Assembly (NCBI GenBank): GCA_963836205.1
Contig: CAWIIV010000014.1
Location: forward strand, 64,001 to 128,000
Direction of reading: 5' to 3'
Source of the DNA: an uncultured Acidimicrobiia bacterium
GTDB lineage: Bacteria; Actinomycetota; Acidimicrobiia; Acidimicrobiales; AC-14
Length of the DNA stretch: 64,000 bases
In this document: positions 48,566 through 58,328 of the stretch, one piece after another
How the letters are laid out: the number at the start of each line of letters is the position of its first letter
How positions within the stretch are numbered: the first letter of the stretch is position 1
Notes under the pieces: model-generated
Databases searched by the model: none
Told to the model about the DNA's origin: nothing
The model's input: only the letters and a program-made list of their open reading frames with translations
Program-made: the position numbers and the translations under genes

Positions 48566-49750
48566 TCAGGCGGGAACCGCGCTCCCGAGCTGCTCGACGG
48601 CGCCCTTGGCACCAGCGGGCGAGGGTGCGGGCGGCGGTGCGGGCGGCGCCGGGTCCGGGACCGGGTCGGGGACGAGCGCGGGGCCGGCGCCGGGGGCGTC
48701 CTCCTCGCCGGGCATGGCCAGCGAGGACGCCCGGGCGAGCATGTCCTGGGCGAATCGCTCGCTGAATCCGGCCAGGAAGGAGAAGGCGAGGAAGAGATAG
48801 GTGGAGTCGGGGGCCTCTTCCGGCACGTCCACCGGCACGAGCCCGGACAGGATCACCACGTAGACGACCAGCGCCATCACCGCGCCGATCACCGGCCGGG
48901 CCGCGCCGGTCAGGCGCAGGAGGCTGCGCGAGGCATGCCCGTCGAGGGCGAGCTTCCCGCTGCTGATCCGAGACATCACGCTGATGATGGCGCCCGCACC
49001 ACCCGCGACCACGACGAACGGCGGCAGCAGGGCCGCGCTGCCCTCCCCGCCGTGCACCATTCCGACACCCACTGCCAGCGGGAACAGGCCGAAGAGCCCG
49101 AAGAGCATGCCCAGGAGGTACTCCTTCTGCGCCATCGACTGGGTCGCCCGGCGCAGGTGATTGGCGATCCGGTCGAGCTCCTTGCCTGCCGTGACCAGGG
49201 ACTTCTCGATCCGCTTTGCCGACTCCGGCCCGGACAGGCCGACGGCGAGGATCGCCCGCCGGTCCAGCGAGTCGAGGATGCCCAGGAGGTAGACGAACAC
49301 CGACTGGACCATCGCGGCCAGGATGCTCGCCCGACGCCCGGTGAGCAGCTGGTGGCCCTCACGGGACAGCGCGTTCGCCCGCCAGAGGGCGTCCTCCAGC
49401 CCGGGGTGGAGGGCGGCCACGTCGGCCGGGTAGCGCACCCGGATCTCGTGCCTATCGGTGAGGATGGAGCCCGCACCCTCGACGTTCTTGCAGACGTAGA
49501 AGTCGAGGATCACACCGTTGTACTCCTCGTAGCGGGCCCTCAGGTCGGCGTACTCGAGGAGCTCCGCGGCCTTCGCGCCCGGCCGCCGCCTCTGCCGTTC
49601 CGCCTGGAGGAGCTGGTCGAACGACGGCGGCCACCTGGGATCGTCGATCTCGGTGAGCCGCGCCCCGTCTGTCGCCGGCGGCCGCAGGGGCACGACGTCG
49701 TTGTCGCGCTCACTGCTGCCCTGCTGGCTGGTTTTCGCCTGATGGAACAT
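48566..49750 (-). CDS. Hypothetical membrane protein with 4 C-terminal TMs
   Basis: GGAGAIISVMSR, RPVIGAV, FLAGFSERFA. Confidence 0.72.
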   Translation of the reverse strand: MFHQAKTSQQGSSERDNDVVPLRPPATDGARLTEIDDPRWPPSFDQLLQAERQRRRPGAKAAELLEYADLRARYEEYNGVILDFYVCKNVEGAGSILTDRHEIRVRYPADVAALHPGLEDALWRANALSREGHQLLTGRRASILAAMVQSVFVYLLGILDSLDRRAILAVGLSGPESAKRIEKSLVTAGKELDRIANHLRRATQSMAQKEYLLGMLFGLFGLFPLAVGVGMVHGGEGSAALLPPFVVVAGGAGAIISVMSRISSGKLALDGHASRSLLRLTGAARPVIGAVMALVVYVVILSGLVPVDVPEEAPDSTYLFLAFSFLAGFSERFAQDMLARASSLAMPGEEDAPGAGPALVPDPVPDPAPPAPPPAPSPAGAKGAVEQLGSAVPA

Positions 49751-49843
49751 CTCCGCCCCCCGCCGTTGGTCGGTGCTGGATCCGACACAGTGTTGATCCG
49801 CTCCGGGGCCGTGAGATACCTGGAGTTGTGGAAAACGGGTCGG

Positions 49844-50068
49844 TCAGCGGCGGCGTCGGGGACGGGTGAGGTTCTCGTCCTCCAGGAGGCGCTCGGCCTG
49901 GCTGCGGACGAGGGCCTCGACGTGCTCGGGAGAGGCGCTGCGGCTACGGGCGGTGTGGAGGATGATCGACCGGGGCGAAAGGACTCGTTGCTCGAACCAG
50001 GTGACACCGGCCAGGAGGGCCACCAGCACGACCAGCGACGTCACAACCAGCAGGACGGCGGAGGGCAT
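49844..50068 (-). CDS. Small membrane protein
   Basis: N-terminal TM followed by a helical tail; TAGGGC -10-like hexamer upstream. Confidence 0.5.
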   Translation of the reverse strand: MPSAVLLVVTSLVVLVALLAGVTWFEQRVLSPRSIILHTARSRSASPEHVEALVRSQAERLLEDENLTRPRRRR

Positions 50069-51410
50069 GCCCGAAGTCTGCCCTACCGGACGGCTGTGAA
50101 ACCGGGATGCCAGCGCCTGGCTGTCGCCGCTGGGCCGCGATCTGGTCGGCCGTCACCCAGATCCCGTGGAACCCGTACGGCACCCGTCGGGGCAGGAGCA
50201 GGCGGGCGACGGGGCCGGAGGCCACCTGCCGGGCGTCGAGCACCACCAGCTCCGAGCGATCGGCGCCCTCGTCGTGCACGAAGGTCAACAGCCAGCCGTC
50301 GTCCTCCCCGGTCCCGCCCGGCCGAGGGGCGAACACGGGCTCGCCGCCGAACCGACGGGCCCCGTAGGCGAAGGTCGTCTCCTCCCCGGTGGCGAGGTCG
50401 TACTTGACGATCCCGTCGAAGCAGGGCCGTTCGAGGTCGCCCTCGGCGTCGACGAACCCCGGCACCTCCGGGATCGTCGCCGCGTACACGTAGCGCACGG
50501 CACGGCCCGCCCGACGGTTGTCGATCGTCGGCAGCTCGATGGGGCGGTGGCCGAGGGACTCCTCCTCCACCCGTCCCGAGCCCAGGTCGAACCGCCACCG
50601 GTGGAGGTATGCGACGTCGTCGGCGCCCGGGCTGGCCGCGCCCGCCCCAGGGACGAAGAAGGCGGTCGACGCCATCCTGCAGCCGAGAAGGGTGAGCACG
50701 CCGCCCTCCTCCCACGCGTTGGCCACGTGGTACACCACGCACCTCGGGATCTCGAACCACCGCACCGACGCGTTGTCGCCGCGCCGGGGCAGGATGCCGA
50801 CCCGGCTGGTGCCCTCGGGGTCGAACTTCAACGCCGGCTCGCCCGCCAGCAGCCGTCCCAGGCTGAAGGCCACCGGCATGTCGAGCAGGACTGTGTGGCG
50901 GGCGGTGATGGCGAAGTCGTGGATCAGCACGCCGCGCGGCAGGTCGATGGCCTCGGAGTGCACCAACTCCCCCGCGGCCGACACCACGCCGTAGGTGAGG
51001 TACGGACGGGCCACGGGGGAGTAGCCGAAGAACAGCATCTCGCCGGTTTCGGGGTCGACCTTGGGGTGGGCGCAGAAGGCGGACCGAAGCCGGTCGTCGA
51101 ATGTTTGCAGCCCCACCGTCGCCAGCTCGGGAAGGCGGATGGCGTGGGGCGCCCCTCCCTCCCACAGGGCCAGCATCCGCCGGTCGTGCCACACCAGGGC
51201 GGTGTTGGCCGTGTTCTTGAGCAGGAGGCCGTGGGGGAGGTCGAAGCGGGGCAATTCGAGAACGCCCGGCCAGAGGGCCTTGCCCTCGGCCCGCTCGGCC
51301 AGCAGGCCCCTGGTGAGCACGTAGCGGTCGCGGTACACGATCTGGTCGTCTCCGAGCTCGACCCCGTGCAACATCCCGTCGCCGTCGAGCCAGTGGTGGC
51401 GGCCGACCGG
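49944..51410 (-). CDS. Carotenoid cleavage oxygenase (RPE65/CCD family), N-terminally truncated, 3' end uncertain
   Basis: HHWLDGDGMLH; four Fe ligands CAHPK, IHDFAIT, VYHVANAW, GFHG. The usual RNGPNP segment is missing. Confidence 0.82.
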   Translation of the reverse strand, partial: PVGRHHWLDGDGMLHGVELGDDQIVYRDRYVLTRGLLAERAEGKALWPGVLELPRFDLPHGLLLKNTANTALVWHDRRMLALWEGGAPHAIRLPELATVGLQTFDDRLRSAFCAHPKVDPETGEMLFFGYSPVARPYLTYGVVSAAGELVHSEAIDLPRGVLIHDFAITARHTVLLDMPVAFSLGRLLAGEPALKFDPEGTSRVGILPRRGDNASVRWFEIPRCVVYHVANAWEEGGVLTLLGCRMASTAFFVPGAGAASPGADDVAYLHRWRFDLGSGRVEEESLGHRPIELPTIDNRRAGRAVRYVYAATIPEVPGFVDAEGDLERPCFDGIVKYDLATGEETTFAYGARRFGGEPVFAPRPGGTGEDDGWLLTFVHDEGADRSELVVLDARQVASGPVARLLLPRRVPYGFHGIWVTADQIAAQRRQPGAGIPVSQPSGRADFGHALRRPAGCDVAGRAGGPPGRCHLVRATSPFAPVDHPPHRP

Positions 51411-51826
51411 AGGGGAATCCGTTCGTCCAGCGCCAGCAGGTGGGCGAAGGCGTCCTCCGACACCCGGAGCACCTCGACCTCGGTGTGGGCGACGACGGTG
51501 GCCGAATGGGGCGCGCCCGTCAGCATGCTCCGCTCGCCGACGACCGCCCCCGGCTCGACCACGAAGCGGCGGATCTCGCCGGTGGTGGCGGACGAGGCGG
51601 CGCCGACGACGTGTCCCCGGACGAGCACGAAGGCGTTGGCGGCCCGGTCGCCCTGCTCGAAGAGCACCGTCCCCTCGGGCAGGCGCTCCCGGGAGAGGTA
51701 GCGGGCCAGCTCGCGGATCTGCCCATCGGCCAGCAGGCGGCCGCCGTCACGATCGCGCACGAGCGTGGTGACGAGGTCACTGCGGGCCAGGTCGTCGAAG
51801 CTCCGGTCGGACGAGGCACCCGCCAT
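51411..51826 (-). CDS. Cyclic-nucleotide-binding domain, truncated or frameshifted into the CCO
   Basis: LFEQGD, GAVVGERSMLTGAPHSATVVA. Confidence 0.75.
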
Positions 51827-51925
51827 GAGGGGGAGAAGATAGTCGCCGGGGACTGGGGTCGACCTGGCCTCGGGTCGACGGGTCTCGGCCCGGTAGGCGC
51901 ACGGAAGGCCGTAGCCTCGGCCGCA

Positions 51926-53030
51926 GTGAGCCAGTCGCGACACAACACCGGCGATCCCGATCTCGACCGCCTCCTGGTCGAGGTCCTCGACGCGGTCGGC
52001 GCCACCGCCGACCGAGATCAGCTCATGGACATCCTCGTCACCGTGGCCGGGCTGGCCGGCGACGAGGCCCAGCGCCTCAACCTCAAGATCACCAACGCCG
52101 CCCTCCGCGAGATGCGGGAGGCGTTCAGCCTCTTCACGCCCTTCACCGACGTCCCCAAGGTGACGATCTTCGGCTCCGCCCGCACCCTCCCCGACGACCC
52201 CCTCTACGTCCAGACCTGCGACCTGGCCGCGGACTTGGCCGACGCCGGTTGGATGGTGGTCACCGGGGCCGGTCCCGGGATCATGGCCGCGGGGGCCGAG
52301 GGGGCGGGGCCGGAGCGCTCCATCGGCGTCAACATCCGCCTCCCGTTCGAGTCGCCCAACGCGCTCGATCGCCGACCCCAACATGGTGTCGATGAAGTAC
52401 TTCTTCACCCGCAAGCTCATGCTGATGAAGGAATCCGCCGGCTTCGCCGTCCTCCCCGGGGGCTTCGGCACCCTCGACGAGGCCTTCGAGCTGCTCACCC
52501 TCCTCCAGACGGGCAAGGCCGCCCCCGCCCCCATCGTCCTGCTGGAGGTGCCGGGTGGCACCTACTGGCGGGCGTGGGAACGGTTCATCCGGGAGGAGGT
52601 GCTGGCCCGGGGCCTGATCTCGGAGGACGACCTCGCCCTCTACCGGATCACCGACGACGCCGCCGTCGCCCGCGACGAGATCCTCGGCTTCTTCCGCAAC
52701 TACCACTCGATCCGCTTCGTCGGCCAGCGGCTGGTGATCCGCCTGCGAGCGGCGCCGACCGCCGACGAGGTGGAGGCCCTCGGCCGGGACTTCGCCGACA
52801 TCGTCACCAAGGGCCACATCGAGGCCACCGGACCGTTGCCGGCGGAGGTGGCCGACGACGACCATCCCGAGCTGCCCCGGCTCGTCCTGCGCTACGACCG
52901 GGCCCGCCAGGGTCGCCTGCGATCGCTCATCGACGCCCTCAACCGGCTGCCATCGGCGCCGCCCCTGGCCCCGCCCGACGCCGACGCCACCGTGGCCGCC
53001 GGCACCACCCTGGGCACCGACACCGACTGA
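51926..53030 (+). CDS. LOG-family (TIGR00730-like) nucleotide phosphoribohydrolase; apparent frameshift near 52365
   Basis: TIFGSAR, TGAGPGIM, NIRLPFE; KYFFTRK and PGGFGTLDE are in the shifted ORF 52383-53030. Confidence 0.88.
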
Positions 53031-53117
53031 CCGCTCAGGCGAGCGCGCCGAGTCGCGCCGGGAACCGGGCCTCCCGGGCCCGGATCGCGGCGCGACCGGC
53101 TCCTGCGAGCGTGCCTG

Positions 53118-53369
53118 CTACTGGACTTCGGCGTCGGGCGGGGCCAGCTCGAAGGTCGTCTCGCCCTCCACCGCGGCCACGTCGTCGAGGGCGGTGATCG
53201 CCGCCCGCCTCTCGGCCGGCACCGACCCCACGATGATGCCGAGCGACCCGAGCACCTGGTCGACCGCCATCCCCTCGCCCTTGAGCCGCTCGACCACGTC
53301 ATCGATGCGCTCCAGTCCGCCGTCGGCGACCGTCACCGTCACCCGCTGCCCGTCGTCGGTCGAGGCCAT
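53118..53369 (-). CDS. Small (83 aa) acidic protein coupled to a subtilase, I9/propeptide-like
   Basis: TAATG overlap with the S8 stop; beta-alpha-beta-beta-alpha-beta pattern (GIIVGSV...ITALDDVAAVE). Confidence 0.7.
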   Translation of the reverse strand: MASTDDGQRVTVTVADGGLERIDDVVERLKGEGMAVDQVLGSLGIIVGSVPAERRAAITALDDVAAVEGETTFELAPPDAEVQ

Positions 53370-54727
53370 TACTGGGGGGCCTGGGCCAGGCCGGCGCCGA
53401 CGTCGACCGACGGGAGGTTGAGGCGCTTGGCGGTACGGACCAGCGTCGACCACAGGGTGGCACCGGTGCCGCCGCCGGACTTGATCCACAGGGCGGCGAT
53501 GCCGGCCACGTGGGGCGTCGCCATGCTCGTGCCGGAGTGGGTGGCGTAGCGCTTGGGCATCGGGGTGGTGGAGTAGACGTCGACGCCGGGGCCGGCGATG
53601 TCGACGCCGCCGCCGCGGGCGAAGGGATTGCTGCGGGCGGAGAAGCTGGCGATCCCGAACCGGGGGTCGATGGCGGCGACGGCCATGATCGACCGGGAGT
53701 TGGCCGGGACACCGACGAAGCCCTTGTTCTTGGGCCGGTCGGCGTTGTTGCCGGCCGCAGCGATGATCAGCGACCCCGCCTCGAGGGCGCGGCGGCCGGC
53801 AGTCTCGTAGGCCGTCGACGCAAACCGGACGTCGGCACCGAGCGACATGGAGATGACCTGGCAGTGGTTGCGGACGGCCCAGTCGATCCCGGCCAGGATG
53901 GTGGAGTCGTCGCCCCGGCCGTTGGTGCCGAGCACCTTGCCGGCGAAGATCTCGGCCTCGCTGGCCACGCCGTAGCGGCGGCTGCCCGCCGGGCTCAGGG
54001 GGCCGCACGAGGTCCCGATGCAGTGGGTGCCGTGGCCGTGGCCGTCCTGGACGGTCTCCCCGGGCACGAACGACTGGCTGGTGATGCTGCGGCCGACGAA
54101 GTCGGGGTGGCGGAGGTCGAGTCCGGTGTCGAGCACGGCCAGCTTGATGGCGGTGCCCCGCTTGGACGACGTCGACGCGCCGGTGGCCTGCAGCCCCCAC
54201 GTGAACTGGGCGTTGTCGGCGAAGGCGCCGAACGCCATGGCCTCGATCCCCTCGTCGATGGCGTCGGAGAGGTCGAAGAGGTGCGCCGCCGCGTCGCGGT
54301 AGCCGCGCAGGTAGTCGACGGTCATGACCGCGCCCTCGTCGATGGCGTGCATGACCAGCTCCGGCTCGATGGCCAGGATGCGGGGGTCGGCGGCTGCCGA
54401 CTCGAGGATGGAGATGCCCGCCACACCGGTGCCGCCGCCGTCGCCGCTGATCACGGCCATGCCAAGCTCGGCGTAGACCACGGCGTCGGCCGTGGACACG
54501 GATTCCAGGTTCATCGCCCCCCCGTCGAAGTCACGGGTGCTGGCCACGCTCTGGCTACCCGCCACCGAGCGCAGGGCCTCGGCCTGGGCCTCCGGGTCGC
54601 CCTGGATCTCGTCGCTGAACGTGACGACGTACCGACCCGTCGTCTCGAATGGCTCGTCCGATCCGGACCCGCCGTTGCCGTTGCCGTTGCCGTTCCCGTT
54701 CCCGAACCCGCCTTGTGACATGGACAT
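53369..54727 (-). CDS. S8 subtilisin-like serine protease, no signal peptide
   Basis: Triad VLDTG, HGTH, SGTSMATPH; AAGN oxyanion motif; GGAGG SD; (GN)n N-terminal tract. Confidence 0.93.
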   Translation of the reverse strand: MSMSQGGFGNGNGNGNGNGGSGSDEPFETTGRYVVTFSDEIQGDPEAQAEALRSVAGSQSVASTRDFDGGAMNLESVSTADAVVYAELGMAVISGDGGGTGVAGISILESAAADPRILAIEPELVMHAIDEGAVMTVDYLRGYRDAAAHLFDLSDAIDEGIEAMAFGAFADNAQFTWGLQATGASTSSKRGTAIKLAVLDTGLDLRHPDFVGRSITSQSFVPGETVQDGHGHGTHCIGTSCGPLSPAGSRRYGVASEAEIFAGKVLGTNGRGDDSTILAGIDWAVRNHCQVISMSLGADVRFASTAYETAGRRALEAGSLIIAAAGNNADRPKNKGFVGVPANSRSIMAVAAIDPRFGIASFSARSNPFARGGGVDIAGPGVDVYSTTPMPKRYATHSGTSMATPHVAGIAALWIKSGGGTGATLWSTLVRTAKRLNLPSVDVGAGLAQAPQ

Positions 54728-54822
54728 GTCGATTCCTCCGCTGATGGTGATCTTGTGCCGTAGAGCGCGCTCGGCGTCGAGAAATACGCCGGATTCGTCG
54801 CCGTATGGAGCCAAACGACTCA

Positions 54823-54848
54823 TCAAGGCCGCAGCGGCCGCGGCCGAT
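54823..54848 (+). promoter_or_regulatory. Sigma28/WhiG(FliA)-like promoter TCAAG-N15-GCCGAT
   Basis: 40 nt upstream of ATG 54889; same arrangement as 11722-11747. Confidence 0.6.
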
Positions 54849-54888
54849 GCCTGGATTGGCCCATCGTCGGCTCCCGAGGGGATCTCCC

Positions 54889-56448
54889 ATGCGTCCTTCC
54901 ACTCTCCGTCGCCTGGTCGTCAGCGTGACCTTCGTCGCGTTCGCGGGCGGGCTCCTGTCCTCCGCCCCCAGCAGCCAGGCCGCGGCTGCGACGCAGACCG
55001 GGATGGTGCAAGGGGTCCGCGACGAACGCCGGGGCCTCGTCTACGACGGGCTGCAGCGACGGGCGGGTGGCCCGTGCGGCGACGCCTACGAGATCGTCGA
55101 GAGGATCGGCAACGGCCGCGTCCGCTGCTCCCACGGACCCGACCCCGCCCCCGACGGGGTGGACGTGAGGGTGCGCAAGGAGTTCGGGTCGGCCACCGGA
55201 TCTGCGCCCCAGGCGGCGGTGGCCGCGGCCCAGGCCGGGATCCCCTGCTTCGGTACGGGCAGCGACGGGTACCGGGTGCAGCTCGTCTACGTCCGCCTGG
55301 CCGGCTCGGTCGACCGGTCGGCGACCCTCTTTCCCAACTTCGTGACCTGGGCGGCCAACACCAACGCCGTGTTCCGCGACAGCGCGGCCCAGACGGGCGG
55401 GGTCCGCCACGTCCGCTACGTCACCGACGCCTCCTGCAACCTGGTGATCGCCAAGGCCGAGGTCTCGTCGACGGCCATGGGCAACTTCTCGAACTACGTC
55501 TCGGAGCTGAAGGCGCTCGGCTTCAACCGCTCCGACCGCAAGTACCTGACCTGGGCCGACGCCAACACCTACTGCGGGATCGGCGAGATCTACCTCGACG
55601 ACAAGCCTTCCGCCACGCCCGGCCTCTCGACCAGCAACTACAACAACGGCCACCCGCAGGTGAGCGGCGCCGTCTCCCGCACCGACAACGGCTGCTGGGG
55701 ACTGTCGCAGCCGGTCGAGGCCCACGAGCTGACCCACAACCTGGGCGGGGTGCAGCGCACCGCGCCCCACGCCACCACCGGCCTCCACTGCACCGACGAG
55801 TCCGACCGCATGTGCTACGTCGACGCCGGCGGCGTGGTGATGAACCAGGTCTGCGCCACCAGCAACGAGCGCCTGCTCGACTGCAACCACGACGACTACT
55901 TCAGCACCAGCCCGGTCGGCGGCAGCTACCTGGCCACCCACTGGAATGTCGCCAGCAGCGCCTTCCTGGCCCCGTCCGACCCGACGACCACCACCACCAC
56001 GACCGTCCCCCCGCCGACGACGACGACCGTGCCGCCGACGACCACGACCACCATCCCGCCGACGACCACGACGACCACGACGACCACGACCGTGCCGCCG
56101 ACGACCACGACCGTTCCCCCGACGACGACCACCCGGCCACCGACGACGACCACCACCGTGGTGGCGGCGACGCCGTCGGCCCCCCGGAACCTGAAGGCCA
56201 CCCGACCGGTCTTCACCCGGGGCGTGAACCTCACTTGGCAGGCGCCGACCAAGGGCCCGGTGACCGGCTACAACGTCTACCGCCGGACCGGTTCGGGCTC
56301 GTTCGTCAAGATCGCCGACCTGGGCAAGGTCACCAGCTGGTCCGACACCGGGACCGTCTCGGGGACCTCGTACACCTACACGGTGTCGGCCGAGAACGGC
56401 CCCCGGGAAGGTCCCAAGTCGAACCAGTCGACGGCGACCGCGAGGTAG
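54889..56448 (+). CDS. Secreted HExxH zinc-metallopeptidase-like protein with Thr/Pro linker and Fn3 domain
   Basis: Signal peptide; AHELTHNLG; many Cys; (PPTTTT)n; PSAPRNL...LTW...GYNVYR...YTYTVSAEN. Confidence 0.8.
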   Translation: MRPSTLRRLVVSVTFVAFAGGLLSSAPSSQAAAATQTGMVQGVRDERRGLVYDGLQRRAGGPCGDAYEIVERIGNGRVRCSHGPDPAPDGVDVRVRKEFGSATGSAPQAAVAAAQAGIPCFGTGSDGYRVQLVYVRLAGSVDRSATLFPNFVTWAANTNAVFRDSAAQTGGVRHVRYVTDASCNLVIAKAEVSSTAMGNFSNYVSELKALGFNRSDRKYLTWADANTYCGIGEIYLDDKPSATPGLSTSNYNNGHPQVSGAVSRTDNGCWGLSQPVEAHELTHNLGGVQRTAPHATTGLHCTDESDRMCYVDAGGVVMNQVCATSNERLLDCNHDDYFSTSPVGGSYLATHWNVASSAFLAPSDPTTTTTTTVPPPTTTTVPPTTTTTIPPTTTTTTTTTTVPPTTTTVPPTTTTRPPTTTTTVVAATPSAPRNLKATRPVFTRGVNLTWQAPTKGPVTGYNVYRRTGSGSFVKIADLGKVTSWSDTGTVSGTSYTYTVSAENGPREGPKSNQSTATAR

Positions 56449-56519
56449 GCGGGCGGCCGGTCGGCCTGACGGGCGGCCTCACCCCCCGGTAGCGTGAGCC
56501 GGTCCCTCGGGGGTGACCG

Positions 56520-58182
56520 TTGCGCCGAACCTTCCTGATCGTGCTGACCGCGGTGGCCTTGGGCGCGACCCTGCTGACGGCCGCCCCGGTACAGGGCCAG
56601 ACCGTTCCTCCGTCCCGGGAGACCCGTGACGAGACGGTCCAGGCCCTGCGGGACGAACGGCGGGGCATGGTCTACGACGGGCTGCGCCTGCGCCCCGGGG
56701 GGCCCTGCGGCGACGCCTTCGAGATCGTCGAGGACGCACCCCTCGGCCGCACCCGCTGCTCCCACGGCCCCGACCCCGCCCCCGACGGTGTCGACGTGCG
56801 GGTGCACCGGGACTTCGGCGCGGCCGACCCGGCGGGCGCCATCCCCCAGCCGGGGGTGGCCGCGGCCCAGTCCGGCATCCCCTGCTACGGCACCGGGAGC
56901 GACGGGTACCGGGTCCAGCTCCTCTACGTGCGCCTGAAGGGCAGCACCGACAAGTCGACCACCTACTTCCCCAACTTCGCCGGTTGGGCGGCCGCGGCCA
57001 ACTCCATCTACAAGGACAGCGCGGCCAAGACCGGAGGGGATCCGCAACATCCGCTTCGTCACCGATGCCGGGTGCAACCTCGCGATCGCCAAGGCGGAGG
57101 TCTCGTTCGCGGCTATCAGCAGCCTTTCCGGCATGGTCAACGAGTTGACCGGCAAGGGCTTCAACCGGACCGACCGCAAGTACCTGGCGTGGGTCGACGA
57201 CAACACCTACTGCGGCATGGGCGAGATCTACACCGACACCCGGGCTACGGCGACGCCCGGGCTGTCGACGAGCAACTACAACAACGCCAACCCCCAGGTG
57301 CGGGCCACGTTCGCACGGGTCGACAACGCCTGCTGGGGGCGCCCGGAGTCGGTCGAGGCCCACGAGCTGACCCACATGCTGGGCGGGGTGCAGACGAGCG
57401 CACCCCACGCCACTCGTGGCTTCCACTGCCGGGACGAGTCCGACCGCATGTGCTACGTCGACGGCGCCGGCGTCACCATGAGCCAGGTCTGCCCGGTGGT
57501 CAACGAACGCCTGCTCGACTGCAACGGCGACGACTACTTCAACACCAACCCGCCCGCCGGCTCGTGGCTGGCCACCCACTGGAACGTGGCCAGCAGCGCC
57601 TTCCTGGCTCCGACCAACCCCGGCAACCCCCCACCACCGCCGACAACGACCACCAGCACCACCCGGCCGCCGACCACGACGACGACCACCCGGCCGCCGA
57701 CCACGACGACGACCACCCGGCCGCCGACCACGACCACCACCACCCGGCCGCCGCCGACCACCACGCCGACCACCACCCCGCCGACGACTGCCACGACTAC
57801 GACCGTCCCCGGGATCACCCCGTCCGCGCCCCGCACCTTGACCGCCCGCTCGTTCGGATCGGGCGTCCTGCTGTACTGGTCGGCGCCCGCCACCGGCCCG
57901 GTCACCGGCTACAACGTCTACCGGAAGGCCGGCACGGGCTCGTTCGCCAAGATCGCCGACATCGGGACGACCATCACCTACACCGACGCCACCGGACTGG
58001 CCGGCGTCACCTACACCTACGCCGTCTCCGCCGAGAACGGCCCCACCCGGGAAGGCCCGCTGTCGAACCAGGTGAGCGCGGCCCGGTCAGCGCGGGCCCT
58101 CAGGAACGCGGGCCCGGGAGGTTGCGGAGGAGCGGGGGGGTCAGCGGACAGTGCGGTTCGTGATCATGGATTGGTCCTCTGA
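56520..58182 (+). CDS. Tandem paralog of the HExxH-Fn3 protein; apparent frameshift near 57035-57045
   Basis: The N-terminal half (ORF 56520) and C-terminal half (ORF 57133-58182) align colinearly with the upstream gene. Confidence 0.78.
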
Positions 58183-58200
58183 CCAAGGCAAGCGCTGGAG

Positions 58201-58245
58201 CTTCTGGAGCAAAAACGACATCTGGTGTCGCTTTTGCTCCAGAAG
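58201..58245. terminator. Long inverted repeat between convergent genes (terminator or REP-like)
   Basis: CTTCTGGAGCAAAAACGACA-TCTGG-TGTCGCTTTTGCTCCAGAAG. Confidence 0.65.
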
Positions 58246-58328
58246 CGCTGGCGGCGCAACCCGACAGCCGCTCGATCTCGACCGCTCCTCGGGTGGATTG
58301 GGGTCAGCTGACGGCCCGAATGGCTGGG

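Noticed and set aside
55980-57810. ACC/ACG-rich tandem repeats as a non-coding element
   Set aside because: They encode Thr/Pro linkers of the two secreted proteins.
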